From Paramoeba atlantica (lineage: Eukaryota > Protista > Discosea): 64,000 bases of DNA. The DNA is taken from assembly GCA_977017575.1 (NCBI GenBank), contig CDRNVI010000163.1, positions 1 through 64,000 on the forward strand, read 5' to 3'. Positions 44,003 through 58,157 of the stretch are shown here, piece by piece; position 1 is the stretch's first letter; every line of letters begins with the position of its first letter. The notes under the pieces were generated by a model. That model worked only from the letters and a program-made list of their open reading frames with translations. It was not told the DNA's origin and ran no database searches. The position numbers were made by a program, and so were the translations under genes.

Positions 44003-47000
44003 TTAATTATCCATCATGGCAGAGACAGTTGGTCCACTCTGCATTCCAGACAAAGGAACTCTTGAACTAATGCTTGTAGCTGTGGATGTAGCAAAATCGT
44101 GGTAGAATTGCTTGTTAAACTCAAGTTGGATCAAGAAGATCATCAACACCTACAGAGAGAAAGAAGAATGAGAAAGAAGAAAGAAATAAGAAAGGGGATT
44201 TGAAAAAAAGGAAAAAAAAGGAACCTCAGTGAGGAAAAGGGTAACAAAGAGATAAGGGGCTGAAGTGAAGTCAACAGCTAGCAAGATCAAGAAGAGCACA
44301 CATCGTAACATAAAAGATGTAACAAGAATTGCTCCCAACCGAAACACAAAAGTGGAGGTCTTACTCAAATCTTTGGAGAGAAAGATTCTTAGTCAACATT
44401 TTCCAAAGAAAAGGAAAAACAAAAATAAAAACAAACTTTTGGAGGAACCAGAATGAGTGAGCTTGAACAATCCATAGCTTGAGCCCCAAAACAAAATAGC
44501 CAACAAAAAGGTGAAAAAGATAATAATAGATTGGTAAATAATGGAAAGGGTGCGCGTTTCTTCATCAAGATTGCTTGAAGCTTCAACTCTACCAGGACAA
44601 GAGGTTGTGGCTTCATTATCTTCCAAAATAACTTCTGCATAGACAATTGCCACAACTGCAAAGAGGCACCAGACAAGGAAAATAGAGACAACGGTCAGTG
44701 CGAAAAGTTTTTTGGGTGTTTCGTGGACAAAGAAAGTTCTGAAAAGAGAGATCAAAAAAGGAGAACGAGATTTTTTTTAAAAGAAAAATGGAAAAGAGAA
44801 AGGAGAGGGAAGAAAATAGACAAAGGACAAAAGGATTTTACCTTGTTCTTGAGAGTTTTCTAAAGAAAGAAATTGAAAGAATCACAAGCGAAAACAACAA
44901 GAAAGTTGGAATCTCGAACACAACATATTCAGCCAAAGAGTTGTCACCAAACGCTTCATTAGGCCACATAAAGCAAAAAACAATTCGAAAGATGCAGAGA
45001 ATGAGCAAGATTCCACCTTTTTTTTTCAGAATTTCTGTTAGTCAAAGAAAGGGGAGAGGAAGAGGAGGAGGGAAGAAGAGAAGGAGAGAGAAAAGAGGAA
45101 GGAAAAGGAGAATAGAGAGAAGAAACAACCTATCCAAGCAACAATAGGAACAGTGTTATGGGAGTCGGCTTTGCGAAGAAGGTTCAAAAGGAAAAAAGCC
45201 AACAGAAGGAAGTCCAAAAGGTAAAGTGCACCAAGTGTGTAAACCAGAGCAATGGTTGAGTCGGGGTAGGACTCATCATCTTTATTAACCCAGTCTTTGT
45301 CGTGAGAAATGGGGAAGATTTGAAGCTCTCCTTCTGTTGTTGTTGGGACTGAGTCTCGTTCAACGACAGCACACCAATATTCCTCCAAACTTCTGACTTC
45401 CACCTGTGGTTTGGGAAAAAAAGGAAAAAAATGAGATGCTTCCCACACACATACACCACAAAAAAAAACCTTACCTCGATAGAATCGCTAATATCCAGAG
45501 GGTAAATAATATCACCAGTGGTATACCCAAAATCTCTCACACCCTTCACATCCCCCTCCACAGTTATGCGCAAGCATGCTCTAAAATGGGAAACAAGCAA
45601 GGATTGTTCGAATGTAAGGCTTGCACCATCCCCATAAAGCTTACCAATTGTTGCTCCCTTTTGGTTCAAAACAACTCCTGGTTTTGCGGGTGTATCAAAT
45701 TGGAAAGAAACACTTGCCGTGGATCTGGACACTGCGAATGCAGACCTTCGGATCAGGCTCAATGTGGCTTTGGTACAACGGTCGATCACAGCCGTTTCAT
45801 CAAACACAATAGAGTTCGAGGGGCCCTTCAATTCCATAACTTCACCCGCACAGACATCTCGGAAGCCAACCTCGATTGTGGTTGCGTCTGTGTCGCTGTA
45901 GCAGGTGGTGTTGTCATCATCCTCTGTGAGACAATCACAAAGAATTGTGGACAATGATGATGTAATCAAATTGGTCTCGCAGATAATCTGAGATTTTACA
46001 GAGTCTGTGAATTGCTGTTCTGCACTGCTGCGAACCCACTCTTCCAGGCGTTGGAAGGAGAGGGCCTGTTTGTACTCATATGTTTTTACCGGGTTTGCTT
46101 GGATCCATTGGAGTGGGCGTGCTTGGCCACTAACCCAGCGACCAGGAGTCCAGCTGTGGGTTGGTGGAGGTGGTTAGTGGTGTTGTTGGTGATGGAGAAA
46201 TCAATAAAAAAAAAAAAAAAAATACAAACGTCCAGGTGTTTTCGTAAATCCCTCTTCGACAATCACAGGCACTACTATTCCAGAACCAATGGTGGAATGA
46301 AGAACCAGGAAGCTGACAACCAGAGTGACCAACAGAATCAGCAAGGCACTCACTCTCTGAGAGAGCTGGCTTGACCCACTGTTGCCATCTCCAGAAGGAA
46401 CCAAAGTATTCAACAAAGCCCCCACATTCCTGTTTCATAAAAATATCAAACAACCACAACCACAATCACAACCACAATCACAACTAACCTCTTCATCAAG
46501 GTCTTCATGACACCCATAGAGCGACATTTCCCCGAAAGCGCAATAGGGAATCCGGGAGGCCAAAGTAGAGTCCACCAAATGAGTACCAGAAGTCAGGCAG
46601 GCACCGTACTGAGCTCCTGGCGACTTATCATCTCTCTTCACCGCTCTCTCCAAAGAGCGTGTCTCAAGGTCTGAACACAAAAAATGAGTAATCCCAAAAA
46701 AGGGAAAAAAAAGGGGAAAAAAAAAAACCTCTTGACTCCTTGCTAGGAATATCATTATCTGCAGCAAAACTGAGGAAGGAAGGATCAACAACTTGTCGAA
46801 GGACTTCAAGATCAGAACACCGCCCAGAGCCCTCACACTCCTCTTGCGTTTCACAGGTTCGGAATGGCTCGACAGCACAGCCCAAGTAAACCTGGCCGGG
46901 CGAAAAATTCTCATAGTGGCAAGAATCTACTTCCAAGGACTCACATCTGTCCCACACCAGATCGGGTTCGGATAGCGCCTGGAGGGAGAGGTTAAGAGAA

Positions 47001-50000
47001 ATGAAAAAAGAGAAGAGAAGAAGAGAAAAAAATCACCATGCAATCAGCCTCAGTTGCAATATTTTTCAACAAACAAATTGGACGCGGTTCAGACAAAAGA
47101 ATGGTGTTTTCTCCACCCCTTGCAGTGCAACTGTCGTACGTCTCTGCAGAGAATATTTAAGTCACATAAAATCAAATACACATATTTGGAATTTGTTGTG
47201 TTGGTGTATGGTAACAAATAGAAAAAGAAAAGGTTCCGAACGTTCCCGATCAACACGGCAGACACCCTTACTACTCCCACGACATTGAGAGCCTGCACAG
47301 TCCACAGAACACTGCCATGCAAAAATTGTTGATAAAAATTGAAAAATTGAAAGAAAAAAAAAATCTGTGATGAACCTCAGAATGAGCGTTCTCACACTCT
47401 TCTCGAGTTTGAGCAAGAAATTTGGTTCGATTAGGGAGGACACACATGAATAAGCTTTCGCATTCTTCCTGGCCTCCAGAAACTTCAACAGATTGACACT
47501 AGAAAAAAACATCAGTTAAAATTTGAATATTTCCACCCACTAAATCACACTCACTCACCTGGGTGCCATCATCAGGGCAATACACACAAACAGAGTCACC
47601 ATTACAATCATTAGTGTCGACAGAACAAAAAGAAGTCGCGATACAAGTCTCGTTGGAAGATTCCAATTCAGATTGGACACCGCAGGCCTGTGATAGAAGA
47701 AGGAGGAGAAAAAGAGGGAGGGAGGAAGGGAAATCAAAAAAAAAAAAAAATGGAAAAGGAAAAAAATGTCAAATAAAATTGGGTGGATAAAACGAGAATT
47801 TCTTTTCAAAAAAAAGGGGGAAACAAACCTTGTAGCACCCGTCAGTACGGAAACGACAACTTTCTCCCAAGCAATATTGTGGAGAGCAGATGCGATCCGA
47901 CAGTTCTGCAACAAATGAGGAGAAAGAGCAAATTAAAAAAAAAAATCAAAAAGAACTCCTTAAACACTCTCTTACCTTCATCAGGGTTCGGGCTGATGGT
48001 TGCGACATACTTGGTTGCACACGATTGATCAACAATGCTTATCTTGGTGTGGTTTCTTTGGGAAAGGTCAAGACCATTACGAGAATTCACACAGTCGAAA
48101 GAAAGTGAGAGAGAGAGCAGGGCCTGGAGGGGGAGGACAAAAGAATAAAAAGAATGAGAAGAGGAGAGAGGGAGAGAGGAGATAAGAGAGGAGAGGAGAC
48201 CTCGTAAAATTCAGGAGAAAATCTGTCAACATCATTGAGATAGGCTCCCGATTCACCGAAACCATTTTTGAAAACAGTTTCTCTCAAAAAATCCTCTGTC
48301 ATATAAGACATATGTGAAATGTAACACTCCAAAAAAGCTTTTTCCATTTCTTCCTGTGAAGGAAGAGCACATACACCCAACTCTCGATTGCACAGAGTTG
48401 AGTCACAATCGCTGTCTTGTGCGCACTAGAACGACGAAAAGAAAGGGAAAGGAAATGGTGAAAAGGGGGGAAAAGAAAAAATAGATGGGTGGGTGAAAAT
48501 TCACCTGCACTCCAGTGAAAGCACCACGGAAAGCATCTCCCAAACCAACTTCCTGCGCACAGCTTCTCATTGTACGGTCGAGTTGTTCTTCAATGACAGC
48601 TTGGCGCTCTTCGTCGGGTTTCTGGATAATGGAAGCACAACCAGTGACGGGATCAGTGAAAGTGTTGAGACTCTCAGCCTGGAGAGAATTTATGAGTATG
48701 GAAAATAGGAGGGAGGAGGGAGGGAGGAGGAGAGAGGAGGGAGAAAACCAACCAAATCGTCGAGATAGGATTTCGCACAGTCCTGAACAGTGCAGGTTTT
48801 GAGAGAGGATCGATCTGCTTTTGTGTAGACTGTGTCTTCAACCACCTCTGTGGAGGGAGCGCAGCATGCGATGGGCTAGAAGGAGGGAGGAGGTTAAACT
48901 TTCATCAACAAAAAAAAACTACTTTCACATCACTCTCACACCACTTACCACAACAGCGGGGTTACAACAGGGATCCTCAAGCCACTCGGCGGTGTTTTTG
49001 GGGTGCTTACATCCAGTCTGACCGCTCTGGACTGTCTCACTTACTTCTGTGCTCAGAAGACTTGCTGCGGCGGCCAAGCAACTAATGTGAGTTGAAAAGA
49101 AAATTTAGCGGATTTGTTTTCAACGGAAATAAGTAAAACAAAAAGAAAAACCTGGTACGTGGATATCCAAGGTTGTAAACATCAATAGTGTACTGTTACA
49201 TGTTATGTTAATATTCTCCCCTTCTTCTCCCCTTCTTCTCTCCTTCTCCCCTTCTCCCTTAAAAACCTGACTGGGGATGACTTCATCAAAAGTGGTTCCT
49301 CCCAAAACGTTTTTAGAAACTGTATCATTCACAAGACTCAGATGTTTTGCATACTTCTCCAAATCGCATTCAGGGAAGGATCCCTGGAGGGGAGGAAGGG
49401 TTGATTAGAAAAGAAAGAAAGAAAAAACTGGTTCGGGGGAAGAGAGATAGCAAGCAACATTTGGAACGTAGTTCAAGGGGGAAGGAAAGAAAGGGAAAAA
49501 GAAAAAAAACCTGTGTCAGTGAAGAGAAAGCAATGTTTGGAATGTAGTTCAAGAAGCTCCTGTCAGGGACGCCAGTTCTGAAGGAGGATCGAGCAGGATG
49601 TCCATCGTTGGGGAGGAGGACTGGGTCCCCAGCTTCATTTGTGATAGCGAAGATAGAGAGGGAGGAGGAGGAAAGAAGGGTAGAGGAATCTAGGAGCCGG
49701 TTGTTTGCCTTGCTGAGGTACTTGATGAATGTAACTGTGTGGGGAAAAGAAAGGTGGTGAGAGAAGAAAGAGAGGAGAGAAAAAGAAAGAAGCCCTACCT
49801 CTGTTTTCTAATTTGTTTGCAAATCCAAGTTCAATAAATCTATCAGGGGGGAGAGGAGTTTCGAAAGGGCCTGTTACTATCCACATGTCCCCAGGAGGGG
49901 GCCACAGGGGCAGAGGGTCACTGAGTGAGGGAGCTAGGAATTCGTTGCATCCTTTTTGCCAATCTACACAGGGTTGGTGCTCCTCTCCTTGGATCGTGGC

Positions 50001-53000
50001 AGCAATGGCCCCAAGACCACTGCTCATAGCCAGAGGACCTGGACGGACATCCACAAGGGGGGTGCGCTTGGGAATCGCTGTAGTTGTGAAAAGGAGCTTG
50101 TAGTATTCTGTTTGCCAAAAATGGTATGAACAATGCACATAAAATGGTTTTTCAGAGCAAGCAGTGAATGTCACACTGTCCAAATCATGGTTTGCTTTTC
50201 TCCTGTTAACAAAAAGGTAAAAAAAAAATAGGAATAGGGTTAATGGTGCAACCCACGAACCGGCCAATGGTAGAGGTATTAATCTTCACAATGTCATCCT
50301 CCATAGTGGGAAAACAGTACACGTCAGCATCTTCGCTCATAGCACCAGCCGCAACAAAGGTCGCCAAATGGCACCCTGCAGGGAAGGGGAGGATCACCTG
50401 ATTGGAGAGATCCACGTTCTGTGTTGTTGTTGTTGTGTGTGTTGGTTAGGCAAATTTTTGACACAAAGGGAGAGGGGGAATAATATCAAACCTCGTAAGC
50501 TGAATGGACAATTTTGGTTACACTGGAATACCGAAAAGTTAGGATTATTTTAAAAAAAAATTATGTAAATGAGAAAACTTCCCAATTCCAAAAAAAAAAA
50601 AAAACCTATCTTCCAAACAGAAAACGTCGTGGGTAGAACCCGAAGTTCCACGAGCGATTGTGAATTCTTCCTCAGGGACATGACTACATAAGACACGTTC
50701 TCTCGGTTGGGGGATGGGCTGGGTCATTCCAACACTGGAGAGGGGTAAGGAAGGGGGAGATAAAAAAAAGACAAAATGAGGTAACTAGTGACCTAACTTC
50801 AAGATGGAACTCCGTGGGTTCAAGAGCAAACACACCAACAGAGTAAATCCCAGGGGTATGAGAATAGGCTGAAAGAGGAAGAGATGAGAAGAAGAAATCC
50901 AAAGAAGTGACATGAGAAGAACAAACAATTTTTTTCAAAGAATTGCGGACACAAAGTCACAGAAGCCTGAGAGTAGTGGAAGCTGGAGTCCGAAAAGATA
51001 TGTCCAAACTCTTTTCGTTCGTCCCATTCTGGAAAAGGTTTAGAGTTCGACACAAGGAGACGTGCATTACCATATTCCGTCTGGACCGAGACTTGCACGG
51101 GAGCGCAAATGTCCGAGTCACTTAGTATGAATCGAAAGTATTGAATTCCTGTAAAAATGGGAAGACAAAAACAAAAAGGAGAGAGTGAGCAGCAGAAAAG
51201 AAAGAAAGAGAGGAAGGAAGGGAAGGAAGGAAAACCTGATGAGTTGAGGTAAACCGATTCTGATTTACCATTTAAAGGGACAGGCAAAAAACCAACTGGC
51301 TCTTCTTGGCAGGGGCTTGAACAGCAATTGGAACCCCAGCACGCAGCCTAAGACGAAAAAAAGAATGAGGAGGGGGAGGAGGGCAACTAGAATTAAGAAT
51401 AAAGAGAGAAGGGAGGGAGAGAGACCTGGACATTGGTCCAATTACAATCATTGCAAGAAGGAGAAGGAGGAGTGCAAGCCTTTTCAGCGTCAGGACAGAG
51501 GAGAGGCTCGTTCAAAAACAACTTTTGATTGAAATCGAGGGTTACTTGAGCGTACTCAAAGTAATGATTCATTACCTTGAAAAAAAAAGGTAAAAAAAAG
51601 GCAAATAATAAAAATAAAAGATGAGAAAGGAGACAAATTTGTCTCTTTTCTTCTTCTCTTTTTTAAAAATTACAAACAAACCTGGCTCTCTCGCACAATC
51701 AAAGATGATTCCACGAGGTTGGGACGGTTCAGTTCACGTTCCTCTTGAATCGTCCCATTCACGTCTTCCTCACTTTTTTTTTGAAGATCAAATTAAAAAA
51801 AAGTAGCAGAGAAAAATATCACACACAAAAAAACTTACCTGTCAGTAACTCGAAGAATATATGGACCTGCTCCAGAATAAGGCCCCACTCTAAACAAATA
51901 ATCCGTCCCCTTTGCCGCCAAAAATGACACACGAGATAAACGACTGTGACCACAATTGCTTGAATCATCGTTCCACGCAATGCACATTGAATCTTCGCAA
52001 AATCCGTACACTTTGATTATTGTGTCCGTGTTGACAGTGGATTCACAAGTGTCAACTGGGAGCAAGAGAAGAAATAAATTTTAGTTTTTAGAAAATTGGG
52101 AAAATTAGGTTTTGTCTCAGACAACTTTCCTTCTCTCTCTCTTTCTATACTCTTTCTTTTTCCTTTCCGTCGGAGAGGAGACCCACCTGTGTAAGTAGAA
52201 TCCCGCGGTGCTTTAAATTTAAAAATTCGCTCTGGTCTCTCCCCTCTATCGGTACCACAATCAGGAAGAGTGCTAAAAGATCCCTCTCCAGTGTTCCCCT
52301 CAAGGAGATCCCCGAGGAAAATCTCAGTTGCATGCTCACATTGATCCAATAGGATCTCCTTAATTCGCAAATCAAATGGCCCAGTGTTCTTCCTAAAAGA
52401 GTGGACCATAGCATGAAACACTTCCCCTGGAAAAAAAAAAATGAGTGAAAAGGGTCTCTATGTGTGTGGTGTGGTGTTGTGTCTGTTGTGTGTGGTGCCC
52501 GGTGTTTTTTTTTTTTTTTTAAATGACTTACCTGCAAACGTTGAGTTGAAGGTTAGGGAAGATCGAAAACCACACTTATCGTCATTACCATTTAGACAAA
52601 CCGGAGCGTCGCACCCCCCACTGTAAACAGTAATCTTCGTATCAGTGTTAGAATTCGCAACACTATTCTCGCACGTGTCCAGTTCAAACAATCCAGCATG
52701 TGGTGCAACGAATTTAAAAAACACATCATCACTCCATGGGTCATTCGTCGTCCCGCATTCAGGAAAAGAGGAGGTGAAACCAAGACCAGTATCCCCCGTT
52801 ACACTGGTATCAAGAAAGATCTCTAGAGCGTCTTTACATGAATATTGGCCATCCATAATTACACGCACCTCGAGGGTAAAGTCGCCTTCTCTACCAGACC
52901 ACCCGTGGACCATGACAATGAACTCCTCGTCTTCCTGACCGAGAAAAGAAACAGAAGAACTCCTCGAGCAAAAATCGTCATTCCCAGCAACACAAAGCGA

Positions 53001-54947
53001 GTCAGAACAATTCCCACGGTAAACACTGAGGGAGAGAATCTGTCAGAATACCAGCCAACCCTAAAAAAAAAAATGGAGGGAGAGAGAGGGATTTAGAACC
53101 TGAGTTGGGTATCAAAGCCTGATGTTGTTGCACATGTGTCCATTTGATAATAGGCTTTCTTGGGAGAGATGAAGCGATAAAATCGAGCTAAACCTCCATA
53201 ATTTTTTGCTCCGCAAGAGGGAATAGAAGGAGAACGAATTCCCCCGCGAGAGGAACCAAAGACAGGATGATCGAGTGTAATTAGATCAGTGGTGTTTTCG
53301 CACCTGGATATAGGAGAGGGAAAGGAGATGAGGTTGATGAAAAGAAAGAGGTGATTTGGCTGGTGTGTGGTGTTCAATAAAATGAGGAAGAACTCAGTGT
53401 GTTAGGTGGGTTTCTGTCCCTAAAAGAAAACTTTGCTACAAACCCGGTAACCGTAAATTTTGAAACTGTCAGATCAAACTCACCAGTGGTTCCTGAACTG
53501 TGAACCATGATTAGGAGTTCCGTTCCCGCCACCCCAACAAGAGAGACCTTCGAGAGTTTTCCTATATGAGAGAGAGAAAGAGAGATGGGTGATGAGGAAA
53601 AGAGGAGGAGGAGAGAAGGGACAGAAAGAGAGGGAGAGGGAGGAAAGAAAGAGGAGAAAGAAAAAAAGCAAGAGACCACACAAGTCGTCATTTCCAACCA
53701 TGCAAACAGGCTCATCACAAGTTCCATTGAAGATACTGAAGGAGGAAAACAAGTTTAGTGGGAAGAAAGAAAAAAAAAAAGGAAAGGGAACCGAGAGAAA
53801 ATAAATTCTACAAGGAAAAAGGAAAAAAAAGAAAAAAAAGAAAAAAATCGAATGACCTGATTTTGGTATCCACAGGTGTGTCAAAAAGACCGCAAGTATC
53901 AAATATATATTCCCCATCTTCAGGAATGGTAAATCGATAAAATAAATCCCCATTGTCCCCTCGAAGAGTTATGCAACGAGGAAAATTGGAGACGACGGCT
54001 TGAGCTGTATCTCCACGAACAGGTGTATCAAGAAAAATTTCCATGCTTTCTTGGCAAGGGAGAGTATTCACAACGAATTCTGTAACTTTCAATTGGTACT
54101 CGACAGGAGAGGAGGGTAAACCGTGGACCAGGATGATGAATCTTTGCCCGCGTTCGGCGTCAAAAATCCCTTCAGGCACGGTGACACAAGAACTACCTTC
54201 CATTAGGCAAGGAGGATTTGAGGACACACAAAGAGGTTTCCGACAAGTGCCCTCCATCACACTGATCACAGAGGTTCGATTCGGAGAAGCAACCTTGAAA
54301 GTACCCTCAGAAGGAGCCTCGAAACGAAAGAATTGGCCAGTTCCCAAAAAAGGGGCCCCACATGCCAGAAAATTCGTTTCTGTTGCACCCTCTGAGTTGA
54401 ATGTTTTTGTTTGATCAATCAATAGTTCAGGGCCCTCTTTGCAAGGGTCTACATCAGTCTCGAATTGCGTTATCAAAACTTCAAACGTCCCTTCATTATT
54501 GCTAAAACCATGGACCATGATGATTAGTTCAGTGTCTTTCTCAGCTGTAAAAACAACACCGGCCTGGCGAGAGCAAAAATCGTCGTTCCCAGCCACACAA
54601 AAAGGTTCGTCGCAGGTTCCGCTGTACACATTGATCTTACTATCAACGATAGTAAAGCCGTCACTCGTTGTTGATCCGCAGGCGTCAATCTGATAGACCC
54701 CGCTATTAGGGACTTCAAAGCGATAGAACACCTCTGGACTTGCATCATTCGAGGTACCACAGGTTCCAAAATTCGAGTTGACTACCCCTTCCGATGTGTT
54801 TCCTCGCTTGGGTTTATCCACAAATAATTTCTCCATGGAGGAGGAACAAAGCTGGGAAGACGCTCTGGTTGTAAACCCACAAAGGAGGGTCAAAACCACC
54901 AACAACAAACCACCAACAACATCCCGCCGTAACCCCTCCTTTGACAT
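44003..54947 (-). CDS. Large multi-exon cell-surface protein: signal peptide, ~6 tandem ~120-aa Cys-containing beta-type repeats, Cys-rich/EGF-like stalk, C-terminal ~7-TM region
   Basis: MSKEGLRRDVVGGLLLVVLTLLCGFTTRASS signal; repeats with DVFFKF..P..G...DTC....DTKI.VYSG.C..P.C..GNDD.C; hydrophobic helices at 44200-45250; last exon ends SAMMDN* at 44003. A single-gene reading is likely, but not every junction was traced. Confidence 0.72.
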
Positions 54948-56176
54948 CAGCTTCACACAACAAGTGGCTGAAAAGAAAAAGAAAGTTTCCTGCAAAAATG
55001 TTATCCCTTTTTTCTCCTCTCAAAAAAAAATAAATTGAGAGACCTGTCAATCCCCTGATTGTAAACTGTAAATAAGGAAATCCTTTCCAGCTTCTGAAAC
55101 ACCAAAACAACAAGACGAAAACGGAAACAAACAAGGAAGAAAAGATCCTTAACGAAAAGCCCCAAAAGAATTTTTTTTTTTGCCTTTTTTTGGGACAATG
55201 GGGCCCCCATTTTCAGACTCCAGATTTTTTTCCCCGCTTTTTCGATCTGGCCAGATCAAAAAAGCACTTTTTCTAAAAGGTGAAAGGTTTTTGATGGAAA
55301 AAGGCTGTTTATTGCAGATTTTTGGGGAAGACCAATTGGAGCTCCAGAAAGGTGGCGAATTGGGTGAAAGGGAATAAAACATCAGAAAAAAAATATCTTC
55401 AACAATTGCACAAAGATATTAGTGGCTTTCATTTTTAGCAAAGAAAGAAAGCGTTCCTTTCTCTCAGTTCATAAAAGGGTTCATATTCACTAAAAAATAC
55501 AAATAAAGGAAAGAATGGTTTCAATTCGGGAGCAATTTCTCAGGATTGCTCCCATCGCAGTTGCAGCACTCGGAAAAAGTCTTCCAAAATAATGAACAAA
55601 AAGAGAAAACTCTCGAGAATAGTCAGCAAGTGGACAACTCCAAAATCGACTGAAGACAATTGTTGAGAAAAAGGCAGAACCATCAACATCTGAAGTTGCA
55701 CTTCTGTCACTCGCCAGAGATAATATGTATGAGCAGAGAGAAGGTTTTTCTTGCTTTTTGTTCTTCTCTTGTTTTCTCACAAATAATGGTGGTTTTTTGC
55801 AGACTTGAAAAAATTCAGTTTGCCCAGCTTCTTGCATCATATGAGACTGATCCAGAGAAGAAGAAAGAAACTTTTCTGGCAGCCATGAAAAATGGCAATT
55901 AACTGGAGTGATCTCCCTCTTTCTCTTTCGCTCGCTTTCCACTTTCTACATTTGTTCCATTTTCCGAAAAATCGGAAGTCGCACTCTGCCAAGTGTCAAA
56001 CAACAGAGCCACCCGTGACTCCATTTCCAAAGAAACATTGAAAAGGAGGCTATTTTTCGAAAAGTGGCGAAACGTGTCGCACAAGTTTTGAAAAAACTTT
56101 GAAACAACAAACAACAATCCGATTTCTTTGATCAGAGCAAATCTTTTTTTCTCGTTTCAACCTCATTTTCAACGAA

Positions 56177-57706
56177 ATGATTTCTTCTTTTTCAAAACGT
56201 ACTTCTCCATTCTATCTCTTTTTCTTCTTTCATATTCATTTCGTGACTAATCACAAAAAACAGTTGGGAGGATTACCAAATTGCCAAAAAGTGCATTGAA
56301 TCAGTCATTTGAAGGACAAAAAATTCTTGTTGTGGGAGGATCTCGTGGGATTGGATTCGGTTTCTTTCTTTATCTTCGTTTTTTTTTTCTCGAGTTTTTA
56401 TTGTTGTTATCTTATTTTCTCTTTTTTTTTTTCTTCTTTTTTTAACCTTTTTTTTTCTTCTTTTTTTAACCTTTTTTTTCACTCAAGGAGTTGCGTCTGT
56501 ATTGGCTGAAATTGCAGATGTCACAATCATTGGTCGGTATGTTTTTTTTTTTTGAATTTCAATTAGTTTATTTCTTTTCTTTCATTTTAAACTTTCCTTT
56601 CTTTTTCTTTTCATTTTTTTTTTAAAAAAAAATTAGAAATCAAATCAGAGGAGAAGAAGCAAAGGAAAAATTAATGGCAATCAATCCAAGTAATATCTAT
56701 TTCAATGAGGGAGATTATAAAAAGAAAGAAAAAAGGCAGGGGCAGAGAGTTCAAAAAATAACCTCCAAACAACTAGAAAATCATCAATTTTATCAAGGCG
56801 ACATTGGATCAGTTCGAACATCCAAACTCTTGATCCAAAAATTGAGTGAAGAAGAAGACAAATGGGACCAGTTGATTGTCACTGCTGGTGTTTTCCCTGA
56901 CTGGGAAAATCCCCGTCAAGAAGATGGTGTCGATAAGGTAATATCTCCCTTCTCTCTCTATCTCCCAAAAAAAACCCTAAAAAATGAATAATTAGGTTTT
57001 TGCAATTGATGTACTTGGTCGTTATTTCTTGTACCGAGAAGCAGATAAATTTATGAAAAAGAGCGCTCGTTTTCTTGATGTTCTTGCACCAGCAGAGTCC
57101 TATTCTGGAGATCTTGACAGAGAAATCATGTCTGGTTCAAAAGATGTGACTTCTTTGTTTACTGGGATCACCCAATTCTGTCTTGCTGCTGAAATAATGT
57201 TGGCTGGTGTAACTGAACAATTTCAAAGAGATCGTACTGTGATCTCTATTAATCCAGGATTGATCAAAACAGAATTGCACCAAGGGCAAGGGTTCCTTTT
57301 TGATCTCTTACGTCCCATTATATACTTCTTTATGGCAATTTCTTTGGAGGAAAGTGGTTCTTGGATTTTGTTTTTTTGGAATTCTTTCTTGAAAAAAAAA
57401 AGTTTAAATTGAACAAACTCAAACAGGACAGAGAATCGCAAGTATTTTGGCATCACCAATGGTCCACCAAGAAGGTTCATTTTTTTCAGAATTATTTTTT
57501 CTTAAAAAAAGAAAATCAAATCAGGAAAATTCTAAATCTTGGGGATAGGAATAACTTATGTGGACAATAACTTGAATGCCAGAACTAGATGTCCAGCTCT
57601 TCAGGAAATGACTGACAAACATGGAAGTTGGTTGATGTCATTTTTGGACACATTATTCACCAGTTCACAAGCAGACCCACCCCAAATGAATTCAGAAGAT
57701 TTTTAA
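56177..57706 (+). CDS. Short-chain dehydrogenase/reductase (atypical SDR), multi-exon
   Basis: Rossmann motif KILVVGGSRGIG, VTIIGR, FYQGDIG, LIVTAG, SINPGLIKTEL; ATG at 56177 and stop at 57704-57706 by exon joining. Confidence 0.85.
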
Positions 57707-58157
57707 TTTAATTTTTAATTCTTCTTCTATTCTCAACAAAGTCTTGTTTGAAATAAAAATAAATAAATAAAAAAAAAGAACAAACAATTTTTGGAATTTG
57801 TAAAGGTCAAATAATTCAGAGATGGAACTGTTCCATTGAACTTGTTCTGAGAAAGCAACCTAAAAAAAAAAAATCAATTCAATTCAAAAAAAAATCTGAG
57901 GAAAAAAAAAAGGAAGGAATCACAAACAAATTTTGCATTTTGAAAATTTCTCCAATTTCTGTTGGAATTTCTCCTTCGAATAAATTAGAAGTTAGATCTC
58001 TGCAAAAGAAAGAAAATTAAAAAGTAGAAGAGAAGGTTTGGGAAAGAAGAAGAAGAAAAAAATCCAAGACAATCAATCACAGATTCGTCCGTATCAAAGT
58101 CGGATTGAGGTTAAAAACCAATTTCAAGATTTACCTTTCTTGCCCACAAGAGCTGCA
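57624..58157 (+). repeat. Segmental duplication, copy 1 (SDR 3' end plus LRR pseudo-exons)
   Basis: Near-identical to 63503-64000, apart from a ~40 bp indel and poly(A) length differences. Confidence 0.93.

Noticed and set aside
55100-56170. Short ORFs between the 7TM-like gene and the SDR (also 59193-59456 and 63119-63590)
   Set aside because: No motifs or consistent splice structure; they look like divergent-promoter or intergenic DNA.
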